Source of the DNA: a virus
Length of the DNA stretch: 64,000 nucleotides
IMG/VR virus record: IMGVR_UViG_3300037423_000600
Span: 41,102-105,101 of that record
Reading direction: 5' to 3' (one strand)
In this document: piece by piece, positions 38,805-47,926 of the stretch
Position numbering within the stretch: position 1 is the first letter of the stretch
Layout of the letters: each line of letters begins with the position of its first letter
Notes under the pieces: generated by a model
The model's database searches: none
Seen by the model: the letters and a program-made list of their open reading frames with translations, nothing else
Told to the model about the DNA's origin: nothing
Program-made: the position numbers and the translations under genes

Positions 38805-39020
38805 ATGATAACTGCATCAATAGGAACGGCTTTTTATATCGGCGGCGTGGGTATCATTGGGGCCTTAATTAGTTTGGTGGTTAAGGCTATGGGAAATCCG
38901 GCATTAGCTACTCTCATCGACACGGTGGCTTTGATTGCTATTTTATTCGCGGCCGGGTCCGTATTTATGGAGTTCTTTGATTATCTTCGACATATCGGTT
39001 ACGAGTATAATGTACTCTGA
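38805..39020 (+). CDS. SpoIIIAC/AD-like two-helix membrane protein
   Basis: AFYIGGVGIIGALISLVVKAMG...ATLI resembles recalled SpoIIIAC pattern IF.IAGVGI..A.L..IL..MG...A. Confidence 0.6.
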   Translation: MITASIGTAFYIGGVGIIGALISLVVKAMGNPALATLIDTVALIAILFAAGSVFMEFFDYLRHIGYEYNVL

Positions 39021-39052
39021 TTTTTGTTCCCCACAATAGGGAGGGTTGTATC

Positions 39053-40453
39053 ATGGTTCTAGGGGCTACCGCTATCGCGGCGGTTGCAGGCAAGTTGATT
39101 CTAAAAGGTGCGCTCGATATGGCGGGTATGTCGTTGATGGCTGGAGCGGGTGCAGGTATATGGAAGATGTCCCGCCGCCCGCCGGAGGTTGTTCAAGTGT
39201 TGATGCATGGTGGAGTGTATCCGGTGGGATTGAAGAAGTCCCCGGTGACGTTCTATGAGCGGGATACGGTGACGGATACAGATGGAAAGCAACACGAAAT
39301 CTTTACTTACAAGATGGAGATTCCTTTAGGGAAATCGCTGGCGGATTTTAAGACCCGGCTCCCGGCCCTTGAGGATAAGTTTAATTGCGAAGTCAAGATG
39401 TGGCTGGAGAACGGGTTGGCCTGCATGAAGATGATTATGAAACCCCTCCCGGACAGATTGGAGTTTAATGAATCGATGTACGAAGCCCTCCGGAAACACG
39501 AGTGCGGGGTTATCCTTGGGGACAGCCGGAACGGGCTCCGTATCATCGACCTTGCCAAACCTTCCACCTTTAGTATGCTTATCGGCGGGGTGGCGGGCGG
39601 AGGAAAAAGTAATCTCCTGAATGTAATCATATGTGGGACGGCGTGTGCTTATGCGCCGTGGGATGTTCAATTTTACCTTGTGGATATGAAGGATGGTGTT
39701 GAATTTGCTCCTTACGAAAATCTACCCCATGTTCAGTCAATCATTGACGACCGAGGGAATCGTAAACGTATTATCGACAACGTGGACGATTGTTCAAGTA
39801 TGCTCCGAAGTCTTGCTGATGCCATCCGCATCCGAAACCAGCTTTTTAAGAGTGCCGGAGTACGAAACATTAGCGAGTATCGGGGCCTTGGCTATGAACT
39901 CCCGCATATCATTGTCATCGCAGACGAATTTGCAGACTTCGGAACCCTTGACACCCAGAAACGAAATAAGCTGTTTACCGAGTGGGGATTCCTTACACGT
40001 AAAGGCCGGAGCGCGGGGATACACTGTATCATTTGTACCCAAATCGCTGATGCCGATTCGGTCCCTCGCCAGCTAAAGGGGAACCTGCCTGTAAAGGTCG
40101 GCTTTAGGATGACCAAGCGGGAGAACTCCGAAACCATTTTTGATTCGGATGTCGCTATCCACATCCCGCCGATTCCCGGCCGGGCCGTTCTTAAAATTGG
40201 CGACTACGAAAATATTCAAGTACCTCTACTGGAAACCCAGACGATTGAGGAAAAGATTATTCCTCAACTGGAACCCTATAACGAGATTATGGAAGAGAGG
40301 GAGGCGGAATTACTTGCGGAAGAATCGGACGATGAACAACTACCGGAGGATGCCTTTATCGAATCTCAACAGGTGGAGCCCGAGCCGGAACCGGAACCCG
40401 CACCCAAAAAACGGGGCCGGAGCAAAGCCAACCCGGATATAATCGCTACTTAA
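39053..40453 (+). CDS. FtsK/SpoIIIE-family ATPase
   Basis: GVAGGGKS, VDMK.GVEF, IADEFAD, GRSAGIH....TQ, IPGRA; N-terminal hydrophobic anchor. Confidence 0.93.
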   Translation: MVLGATAIAAVAGKLILKGALDMAGMSLMAGAGAGIWKMSRRPPEVVQVLMHGGVYPVGLKKSPVTFYERDTVTDTDGKQHEIFTYKMEIPLGKSLADFKTRLPALEDKFNCEVKMWLENGLACMKMIMKPLPDRLEFNESMYEALRKHECGVILGDSRNGLRIIDLAKPSTFSMLIGGVAGGGKSNLLNVIICGTACAYAPWDVQFYLVDMKDGVEFAPYENLPHVQSIIDDRGNRKRIIDNVDDCSSMLRSLADAIRIRNQLFKSAGVRNISEYRGLGYELPHIIVIADEFADFGTLDTQKRNKLFTEWGFLTRKGRSAGIHCIICTQIADADSVPRQLKGNLPVKVGFRMTKRENSETIFDSDVAIHIPPIPGRAVLKIGDYENIQVPLLETQTIEEKIIPQLEPYNEIMEEREAELLAEESDDEQLPEDAFIESQQVEPEPEPEPAPKKRGRSKANPDIIAT

Positions 40454-40485
40454 TCCCCGCGCTTCCTTAATATATAAGGGACGGC

Positions 40486-40601
40486 AAAACAAAAACCCCG
40501 CCGGATGGCGGGGCCAATTAAGAATCTCTGGGGAGAATCAAGAAGTTCATTGGGCTTCAAAGAAAATATTGGAACTCATGTTAAAAGTATATACAAGAGT
40601 T
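40486..40601 (-). ncRNA. Candidate minus-strand sRNA
   Basis: Minus-strand TGGTATAATACTTATA promoter (40601-40616); pyrimidine-rich body; CCCCGCC/GGCGGGG terminator with T tract. Confidence 0.55.
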
Positions 40602-40676
40602 ATAAGTATTATACCACTTGTCTAAAATTATTTGAACCTTCTTATTAAATTCTAATAAATCAGGGAGGAATTACCT

Positions 40677-40934
40677 GTGGCTAAAGCGATTGCGCTCCGG
40701 CATATGGAGAAGTATTGGGAGAAGGAAGTACCTCAAGAAGTAAAATTGGGGAAGAATGTGTTGAAGATATTCACCAAGGCCGGGAAGATTCAAGTCTTTC
40801 CCCGGGTCCCCGGTTCCCCGAATGGCGTAGGGCGGGGGACTTCCCTTGACCTTGAGAAAATGACGAAGGATGAAAGGTCAGCCTTGGTCAAGGTATTAAC
40901 CGAAGCCATCACTTCCTACAAAGATTCAAAATAA
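40677..40934 (+). CDS. Hypothetical protein
   Basis: RBS GGGAGG; terminator follows. Confidence 0.7.
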   Translation: MAKAIALRHMEKYWEKEVPQEVKLGKNVLKIFTKAGKIQVFPRVPGSPNGVGRGTSLDLEKMTKDERSALVKVLTEAITSYKDSK

Positions 40935-41113
40935 ACCTCACTCGTTACCCCGGGTGGGGTATTCTTTTTATATCAGGGCCGGGAGGCCGGAAAGGAGGTC
41001 CCCATGAAGCTTTCACAGGATAATGCTTCTTTCTTGCTATAGGTATCCTGAGTGGGTGTTTATTTATGGTTCTCTTTTACAAAGTGCTTTAGGCCCATCA
41101 AAAAGCACTTATC

Positions 41114-41151
41114 ATCGACCCTTGTCCCGGGTTATACTACTTATATCAGGT
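41114..41151 (+). promoter_or_regulatory. Conserved phage promoter
   Basis: ATCG-N15-TATACT-ACTTATATCAGGT. Confidence 0.8.
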
Positions 41152-41168
41152 GGAAGGGAGGCGGCAAG

Positions 41169-41345
41169 GTGGATATCGAAGCTGTTAAAACAAAAGTAAT
41201 CGCTGATTTAAAGCAGGCTATAGCTACAAGGGATGAAGAAGTCGCGCATCACATAGCGGATTCGGCTTTATGTGAACTGCTAGAGGCTTTAGGCTATGGC
41301 GATGTCGTTAAGCTTTTTGATGAAGTCGATAAATGGTACGCCTAA
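41169..41345 (+). CDS. Small hypothetical protein
   Basis: RBS GGGAGG, GTG start; D.E.AH..AD..LC..L motif. Confidence 0.7.
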   Translation: MDIEAVKTKVIADLKQAIATRDEEVAHHIADSALCELLEALGYGDVVKLFDEVDKWYA

Positions 41346-41665
41346 AGGGCAGGGAGGTTTGGAAATTGACGAATGGAAAGTCTCTTTTTAAGAAGGAAAG
41401 TCATCCTGTGCTTCGGTCGCTGGGAATCCCGATTTACAACTCAACCTTACATGGCGAAGGGTTTTACGTTAGCTATAACAACAGCCGTAGAGATTATGGT
41501 TGTGTGACTACGGCTCTCGTTACCGGGCAGATGGAGAAGTTCTACATCCTCAAGGGCGACCACCGAGAGCAGTATGCAGAACTCGTAGGTAAAGGCTTAG
41601 ATGAATGCCTCGCGTATTTCAAGGCTCACCTTGACGAGGCACATGACTATAGCGACAGTCTTTAG
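41333..41665 (+). CDS. Hypothetical protein
   Basis: ORF packing; start uncertain. Confidence 0.65.
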   Translation: MVRLKGREVWKLTNGKSLFKKESHPVLRSLGIPIYNSTLHGEGFYVSYNNSRRDYGCVTTALVTGQMEKFYILKGDHREQYAELVGKGLDECLAYFKAHLDEAHDYSDSL

Positions 41666-41680
41666 GGAGGAGGCGGCAAC

Positions 41681-41863
41681 GTGAAAGATTGGTACAAGAA
41701 GAGTGGAGCAACTGTGGTATATCAAACCCCGGACGGTACGCTAAAGGCTCAAGTTTGTAAAGACGATGGCGTAGCTTGGGAGTTATATGACCAATTCCAA
41801 AAGGCAGGCTGTAACCCAGTCATTTTCCTAAATGAAAATGGATTACACGAAAGGAGAAAATAA
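41681..41863 (+). CDS. Hypothetical protein
   Basis: RBS GGAGGAGG. Confidence 0.65.
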   Translation: MKDWYKKSGATVVYQTPDGTLKAQVCKDDGVAWELYDQFQKAGCNPVIFLNENGLHERRK

Positions 41864-41864
41864 G

Positions 41865-43700
41865 ATGATGCAAACAGTTGAAGTAAAAAGTAACATTGGC
41901 GGCAGGCTTAAGAAAATCCGCGAAGGCGTGGTGTTCAATTCGGTTACATCTGTCATTGGGGAACTCGGGCAGAACGCCCAACGCGCTCTCAATGCGGCGG
42001 TGGCGGCCGGGAAGAATCCGGATGAAGCTTCTATCTTCCTTGAGTTTTCTCCCGATAAGAAAACCTTTATGGTATCGGATAACGGAATTGGTTGCTCCAA
42101 TCCTCAGGACATTTTGGAACTCGACGTGTCGGGTTTTGGGGTGGGTTTCGGGGAGGGCTTTAGTTCGGTATTCCTTATCGCAGACCGGATTATCATTAAC
42201 TCGAACGATTGGTATATGGATATTGACGTTATCAAGATGATGGAAAATGCGGACTACGAGGTTCAGGTTCACAAGTCGGATGTGGTTAAAGATGGAGGGT
42301 TTACTGTTATCCTTTCCGGTCAGAAGATTGAAGAACATCACGATGAATTACTTCGATTTACGGAAGAAATGGCTTCCCTGCTTCCCTACCCGACTCTTCT
42401 GAACGGTGCTTATGTGAAGAAGAAAGACCTCTCCGACCTTGGCCGCCGGGTCCCGTATAAAATGGATGTCGATAACGAGTTCTTCTCCGGGACTTTAGGA
42501 GCCAACAATAGCTGGGACGATGTTCAGGTGTACTATGAGAACCGCTATGTGTGTGCAATCTGGAAATCTGGCCTGTGCGGAAACATCATGCTAAAGCCTG
42601 GCGCTGTCAATCTCAAAGCCCCGGACCGCCGGGAAATCATTTACGATGCCAAGCGCACCGCTCTTATGGAGAAGCTTCAGGAATGCGGTAAAGTCTTATA
42701 CCAAGGCTTCCTCGAACATGATTCCGATAAGGCCCTCACCGAGTACGCCGAGAAGGTCGAAGCTTTCCTCTCGGTGGATGAGTATATTCCCTTTCTTGAA
42801 ATGGATGTAGCCGGACTCGACTTTGCTAAAATGATGGAGGAGAAACATAAGCCGCATACCGACGAGCAACTTCTCGAAGCGGCCGGACTAGATACTCCGC
42901 ATCAGGAACACTTCGGAGGCAGTTCTCGCACAGTTGGCGGCTCCAAACTCAAGATTGACGGCGGGGATGCCGCAGAAATTGGAACGGCGGAGCCTCGTTT
43001 TGAGAAATCTCGTAAGGAATCCGAGAAGCTTACTAAGGCCAAGACCAAGAAACGCCAGAAGAACTACGGCAAGTTCATTGAGAAGCTGAACAAGATGAAG
43101 GCTCAATTTAAAGTAGTCTGGGCGACCCTGAATGAAATTGATACTTACGAGCCTCAACTCAAAGAACTCAAGGGCTACGGGTTTACGGTACTTACCGCGA
43201 AGAGTAAACTGTACGAATCGGCCTTTAGGCATTTGGATATCCTGCACTTCCAAGAAGTCGAATCCAATGTACAAATTAAGTATTCGTTTAACAACATCGG
43301 CGCGGCGGACGGTAAAGAATCTCGCGTCCTGTGGCTTCTTGAGCGTATTGAAGAAATCCTCAAGACCCCCAACCTTTTTCGGATATGTGATATCGAATGC
43401 CAAGTAGAACATTTCCGGAATAACCAGCTTGTGGCTACGGAAACCCGCGTCTGTCGCTATCGTTATGACAAAGCTTCCGACCGGATTTACATTGACCGCA
43501 AGCATCTGGAACTCCCGTCCTATCGAGTGGAGAAATGGAATGACGGCAAGATTAACTTGAATGACCTCCGGCTGATGCTTAAGAATTTGGAATTTATCGC
43601 GCAGGAGGTCACGAAGTTCAAGAAGAAATCGCATGAAGTCGCTGAGGGCTTCTGGGAATCTAAAGATGCCGTCCTCCGGGAATTGGCGGAGTTATTCTGA
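41865..43700 (+). CDS. GHKL (HATPase_c) ATPase domain protein
   Basis: ELGQNA, VSDNGIG, GFGEGFSS, G.TV motifs. Confidence 0.85.
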   Translation: MMQTVEVKSNIGGRLKKIREGVVFNSVTSVIGELGQNAQRALNAAVAAGKNPDEASIFLEFSPDKKTFMVSDNGIGCSNPQDILELDVSGFGVGFGEGFSSVFLIADRIIINSNDWYMDIDVIKMMENADYEVQVHKSDVVKDGGFTVILSGQKIEEHHDELLRFTEEMASLLPYPTLLNGAYVKKKDLSDLGRRVPYKMDVDNEFFSGTLGANNSWDDVQVYYENRYVCAIWKSGLCGNIMLKPGAVNLKAPDRREIIYDAKRTALMEKLQECGKVLYQGFLEHDSDKALTEYAEKVEAFLSVDEYIPFLEMDVAGLDFAKMMEEKHKPHTDEQLLEAAGLDTPHQEHFGGSSRTVGGSKLKIDGGDAAEIGTAEPRFEKSRKESEKLTKAKTKKRQKNYGKFIEKLNKMKAQFKVVWATLNEIDTYEPQLKELKGYGFTVLTAKSKLYESAFRHLDILHFQEVESNVQIKYSFNNIGAADGKESRVLWLLERIEEILKTPNLFRICDIECQVEHFRNNQLVATETRVCRYRYDKASDRIYIDRKHLELPSYRVEKWNDGKINLNDLRLMLKNLEFIAQEVTKFKKKSHEVAEGFWESKDAVLRELAELF

Positions 43701-43864
43701 TGCGGCCGAAGATTAAAGGCAATCACTGTAAATGGACATTTCTCTGGATGGAAGTGAAGTTCCCCAAGTCCTCCCCGAACCTCCGGGACTTGGGGCGTTC
43801 CCTTGAATATTACCGTAGCTGGATAGGAGTTCAAAAATTACGTGAATTGAGAGGTAGAAAATGA

Positions 43865-44050
43865 ATGGATACTAAAGTGATGAAGCTTATTGCTACTTGG
43901 AACCAAGCCATTGAGGTTGGTCAGGAATTTGATATTCATACTGATGATGGGGATTATGTTGAAACCGTGAGTATCCTTGCTATTTATTCCGTAACTTCAC
44001 ACCCCGAGGTTATTTGTTTGGTGGCGAAAGGCCGGATATCTCGTATTTAA
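43865..44050 (+). CDS. Hypothetical protein
   Basis: RBS GAGG. Confidence 0.5.
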   Translation: MDTKVMKLIATWNQAIEVGQEFDIHTDDGDYVETVSILAIYSVTSHPEVICLVAKGRISRI

Positions 44051-44081
44051 AAGTTTTTCATCCCACCCCTTCCCGGGTTTA

Positions 44082-44119
44082 CTCGATACCCGGAAGGGGT
44101 TATAATACTTATAACAGGT
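44082..44119 (+). promoter_or_regulatory. Conserved phage promoter
   Basis: CTCG-N15-TATAAT-ACTTATAACAGGT. Confidence 0.8.
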
Positions 44120-44174
44120 CAAACGGTCCCGGCCGGGCGGCCAGTTACATAAAATCAAAGGAGAAGTGATAAGA

Positions 44175-45254
44175 ATGAGTAACATCGTATTCGGCCGATT
44201 CGGTCAAGGAAGCACAGCGGCGGCAGTCAGCCCCAAGAACGGTCCTAAATTGGGAGATATTTTCGCGGAACTCCTCAAGGATTCCGAGAACAAGAAAGAC
44301 CATATCATCGACCCCTACCAAGTCAAGATGGGCGGCAACGGCCGTATTTATCTTCCCGGTATGGATAACTCTAACTCGCTCGGTTTTGAACTTAACGATT
44401 GGTCTTTAGGCCAGCTTGCAGGTAAGACAGAAATCCCCGTCAGATATCTTCGCAAGAGCCCGCCGGAACTTCAAGCGGTCAACGTGAACTACTGGCTCCG
44501 GAATATGACCGATGAGAGTAAGGCGGACTGGATGTTCCGCGTACGTCAGGCAGACATTCAGGATATCCGCAAAGGCGGGCTGGTTCGCGGCATCATGACC
44601 GAGAAATACTCCCCGTTCGATGACCATGAGATTATGGAAATCATCAATAAGATTCTTGGGGTCAAAGATGATTCGTATACGGTCAACTGGTTCTACCGTG
44701 ACGAAACCGGGTTCCATCTTCGTGTCACCTTCGAGGATTTGACCCGGCAGATTGGTCTTACCCGCGACGGCCGCCCAGACTTCCACAAAATCGGCCTTCA
44801 TATCACGAACTCCGAAGTTGGGAAACGGTCCATCCGTATCGTGCCGATGGTATGGCGGCTCGTATGCACGAACGGCCTGATGGGATGGCGGACGGAAGAT
44901 GCCTTTAGCCAACGGCACGTAGGACTTCGCCCGCAGGAAATGTATACCCGTGTGGCGGAGGCCATCGGCAACGGCTTGAAGCTGGGGAAGGAAATGGTGG
45001 ATACACTGGTGGCGGCTAAAGAGTTCGAGATTCCGGACCCGTTCGCAGTCATCGACCAACTCTCCAAGGATTTGAAATATTCCGAAGCTTTGACGGAGAA
45101 GATTAAAGAATCTTGGTTGGAAGATGCACAATCTTCCGTGTTCGGAGTGGTTCAATCTCTTACCCGGGCCGCCCAGCATTTCGAGGCTGACCGCCGCGTA
45201 GAGATTGAGGAAGATGCCGGGAAGTACCTTCGGAAGATGATTACTGCGGTATAA
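44175..45254 (+). CDS. DUF932-like protein
   Basis: ITNSEVG..S, RLVCTNG, H motifs. Confidence 0.8.
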   Translation: MSNIVFGRFGQGSTAAAVSPKNGPKLGDIFAELLKDSENKKDHIIDPYQVKMGGNGRIYLPGMDNSNSLGFELNDWSLGQLAGKTEIPVRYLRKSPPELQAVNVNYWLRNMTDESKADWMFRVRQADIQDIRKGGLVRGIMTEKYSPFDDHEIMEIINKILGVKDDSYTVNWFYRDETGFHLRVTFEDLTRQIGLTRDGRPDFHKIGLHITNSEVGKRSIRIVPMVWRLVCTNGLMGWRTEDAFSQRHVGLRPQEMYTRVAEAIGNGLKLGKEMVDTLVAAKEFEIPDPFAVIDQLSKDLKYSEALTEKIKESWLEDAQSSVFGVVQSLTRAAQHFEADRRVEIEEDAGKYLRKMITAV

Positions 45255-45316
45255 TAAGAAGCGGGCGGGGAGGGGTGTAAGTCCTCTCCCCGTACATACA
45301 TTTAAGGAGGCTATCC

Positions 45317-45727
45317 ATGAGTTATCAAAGTATGCTTACTCTTATCGACAAAAAAGAAACGGAATTACTGGCTCAACTGCATACCGTTCGGGAAATGCGT
45401 AAGCTTGTTCTTCAAGAAAGTACGTCCGATTTGAAAGAACACTTTTTTCAGTTGTACCTTACTAATATCGAGGCTTATTGTAATTGGACCAAGGTTAAAG
45501 ACCCTATTTCCGGCGAGGAATCGGCTCCCGATGAAACCTTGATGCGCGGTATCGAAACCTTGGCGGCTATTTCCGATGTCGCAAAGAAAGCTTTCCGGGA
45601 GGAAATTCTTATCCGGATTAGTTCCTACACCCGGAAGCAAAAACAATTTACCTCCGAAAGTCACGAACGGTTGAGTGAGGCTTTAGATAAATACGTCAAA
45701 AAGCACATAGAAAATACCTTACCTTAA
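45317..45727 (+). CDS. Stand-alone PrkA (YeaG-family) C-terminal fragment
   Basis: YL.NIEAYCN..KVKDPISGEE..PDE.LMR.IE....S..AKKAFREEILIRIS.Y.RK...F...SHERL.EA matches the recalled Bacillus PrkA C-terminus. Confidence 0.85.
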   Translation: MSYQSMLTLIDKKETELLAQLHTVREMRKLVLQESTSDLKEHFFQLYLTNIEAYCNWTKVKDPISGEESAPDETLMRGIETLAAISDVAKKAFREEILIRISSYTRKQKQFTSESHERLSEALDKYVKKHIENTLP

Positions 45728-45740
45728 AGGAGACATCGCT

Positions 45741-46553
45741 ATGACACGTAGAACACGGACCAAAAGTATGAAGTATGGCATTTACGCTCAACCACCCAAA
45801 CATCTAAGGGACCTCGAACCTGATGATGAAGGTTGGAAAGAGGCGTGGGGTGAGGAGTACACCGAATCGTATAAGCTAACAGAGGTCTACTTGGAGCAAA
45901 TCGAATGCAACCGGGAAAGCTATGGCGGCCAACCTATTGAACGGGCTCACTTTCGTCCGGACCCGCGCCGTATGGTCGGCGGCGGAGCGTGGATTATGGT
46001 TACGAATCCGCCCCCTACGAACCCCACTCCCGTAGCCTTTGGTATGTATTGGGCGGTACCCTGTAAAGAAAGTTTGAACTATGATGGATACGATAAGTAC
46101 GGCCGCTATAAGGTGGAAATCCTGATGAAGGACCCGGAGGCGGAAGGTCAGTTTCATGCGGTAGGGTTATTCGTAACCGAATACATGGTGGTCCATGAGG
46201 GGATGTTCCGCGAGTTCATGGAGGAAGGCTACTTTGACCTCCAGCAGTTATCCCTCACTACCGAGGACTCAATGAACGTAGAACTCATTGAACGCGGAAG
46301 GGCTTTAGTCGAAGAGGAACGGGAGTCCATCTGGGCCTTGATGCTAGACGGCTTAACGGAAAGTAAAGCTTGTGAGGAATACTTCTTGGGCCGTCACGTT
46401 GAACGGGATAATGCCCAAATCTGGTACCGCCCTATTCCCGAGTTTGCCGAGTATATGGAGGATACCTTTGGTCGTTTGATTCGTAATCAGGGCAGAGGCT
46501 TTACCGAAGAAAATCATCAGCGCAGAGCGCAAAGAAGGGCGGAGCGGGCATGA
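45741..46553 (+). CDS. Hypothetical protein
   Basis: RBS AAAGGAG. Confidence 0.75.
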   Translation: MTRRTRTKSMKYGIYAQPPKHLRDLEPDDEGWKEAWGEEYTESYKLTEVYLEQIECNRESYGGQPIERAHFRPDPRRMVGGGAWIMVTNPPPTNPTPVAFGMYWAVPCKESLNYDGYDKYGRYKVEILMKDPEAEGQFHAVGLFVTEYMVVHEGMFREFMEEGYFDLQQLSLTTEDSMNVELIERGRALVEEERESIWALMLDGLTESKACEEYFLGRHVERDNAQIWYRPIPEFAEYMEDTFGRLIRNQGRGFTEENHQRRAQRRAERA

Positions 46554-47359
46554 CCAGTATCAACAAGATTGACGAAGAACAATTATTGAAAGCGGTTCGC
46601 CAAATCGCCGGGAACAAGTCCTTTAAGGTGGGGGATGAAGTCACTGGACTCGTCACCGGGATTGAGGACTACGGGGTATTCTTGGAGAACTACGAAACTC
46701 GAATGAACGGTCTTATCCACAAGCGCAATGTATCCAAGACCCGGTTTTACCACGGTATCGAGGACCTTGAGTCCAGCTTTAAAATCGGGGATACCGTGAC
46801 GGCTAAAGTCGTTGAGATTCGGGACGGCAAACTTTCCCTTTGTACTTTCGATTATGAACTTCCGTCTTACGGCATCAACTCGTTAGGTTCGCTTATCAAG
46901 AAGGAAGATATCAAAGTCACCGAGAAGCCTTCGGAATTAGATGAAATTTATGAAGAAATGCGCGGCAAGGTCGGCGGGGTGAGTGCGGTGGCAAAGCCCC
47001 GGGTGGCGGAACTTGTTGGCAAGTACGGATTGGTGAAGTTCTCCATGGCTTTAGCCAAGGCATTAGAAACTTATACCCCCATAGACCAAAGCGTATTGCT
47101 TGTAGAAGAGATTGAAAAACACGCCGGAGTCAACTCACCGAAGCGTACTTTTATCATTGGCTCTCACGTCCGCCAGCGGTGGCAGGAACGCGGAGACGGC
47201 GGGGACCTGCTGGATAGACTCGTTAAGGCCCGCTTGATGTTCGAGGACCTGCATTTGAAACGCCGCCTGTATGGTGACGATGAATACACCTACCCGTGTG
47301 CTATCGGGGAAACCGGGGAAAATCACGTTAAAACCGTAGAACCTTGGGGCCAATACTAA
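46550..47359 (+). CDS. S1 RNA-binding domain protein
   Basis: FKVGDEVTG.VTGIEDYGVF...GLIH...FKIGD.V.AKVVEI. Confidence 0.85.
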   Translation: MTSINKIDEEQLLKAVRQIAGNKSFKVGDEVTGLVTGIEDYGVFLENYETRMNGLIHKRNVSKTRFYHGIEDLESSFKIGDTVTAKVVEIRDGKLSLCTFDYELPSYGINSLGSLIKKEDIKVTEKPSELDEIYEEMRGKVGGVSAVAKPRVAELVGKYGLVKFSMALAKALETYTPIDQSVLLVEEIEKHAGVNSPKRTFIIGSHVRQRWQERGDGGDLLDRLVKARLMFEDLHLKRRLYGDDEYTYPCAIGETGENHVKTVEPWGQY

Positions 47360-47400
47360 AGCGTCAAAAGGAGGGCCAAAAGCCTTCCTTTTCTTCTTAT

Positions 47401-47438
47401 ATCGTCTCCCCGCAGGTGGTATAATACTTATATCAGGT
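47401..47438 (+). promoter_or_regulatory. Conserved phage promoter
   Basis: ATCG-N15-TATAAT-ACTTATATCAGGT directly after a terminator. Confidence 0.85.
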
Positions 47439-47456
47439 AAAGGAGGGCGGGACCCT

Positions 47457-47912
47457 ATGGGCGATATGGCCGATTATTATTTGGAATTGGATATGAAGAA
47501 GCGAGTCGAGGATAATCCCTTCGAGACACTCGTCGGCTTTAGCAATATCCTTAATCACGATTATTGGGTAACCAAGGAGGGCGTGAAGAAGTATCCGAAG
47601 AAAAACATGACGTATTCCCATATCCTCAACGTCCAACGGATGCTTAAGCAGGAGTCATTCCTGTCCAATCATCAAAAGGCCAACGTGCTGTTTTATCTTA
47701 TGGTTCCGGGGCCGAGCGGGGAGTTTGCCCAAGATTGCTTCGATATGGAGTTCAATCATGCGCTGGAAGTATCGAACTACCCCTTGGATAGGTACTTCGC
47801 GGAAATCGTAGAACCGTCAACGCTATGGCAGGCTTTAGAGGCCGGGAAAGCCAAGCACCAAAAGAAACAGGCCAAGGTGGAACCGAATTTCCCTTGGATT
47901 GTATCGAACTAA
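47457..47912 (+). CDS. Hypothetical protein
   Basis: RBS AAGGAGG; MGDMADYY N-terminus common in phages. Confidence 0.75.
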   Translation: MGDMADYYLELDMKKRVEDNPFETLVGFSNILNHDYWVTKEGVKKYPKKNMTYSHILNVQRMLKQESFLSNHQKANVLFYLMVPGPSGEFAQDCFDMEFNHALEVSNYPLDRYFAEIVEPSTLWQALEAGKAKHQKKQAKVEPNFPWIVSN

Positions 47913-47926
47913 AGGAGGCAAGTCAG

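Noticed and set aside
44406-45179. Long minus-strand ORFs (e.g. 44406-45179, 42888-43634, 54547-55293, 11806-12474)
   Set aside because: They are antisense shadows of well-supported + strand genes, with no RBS or family motifs
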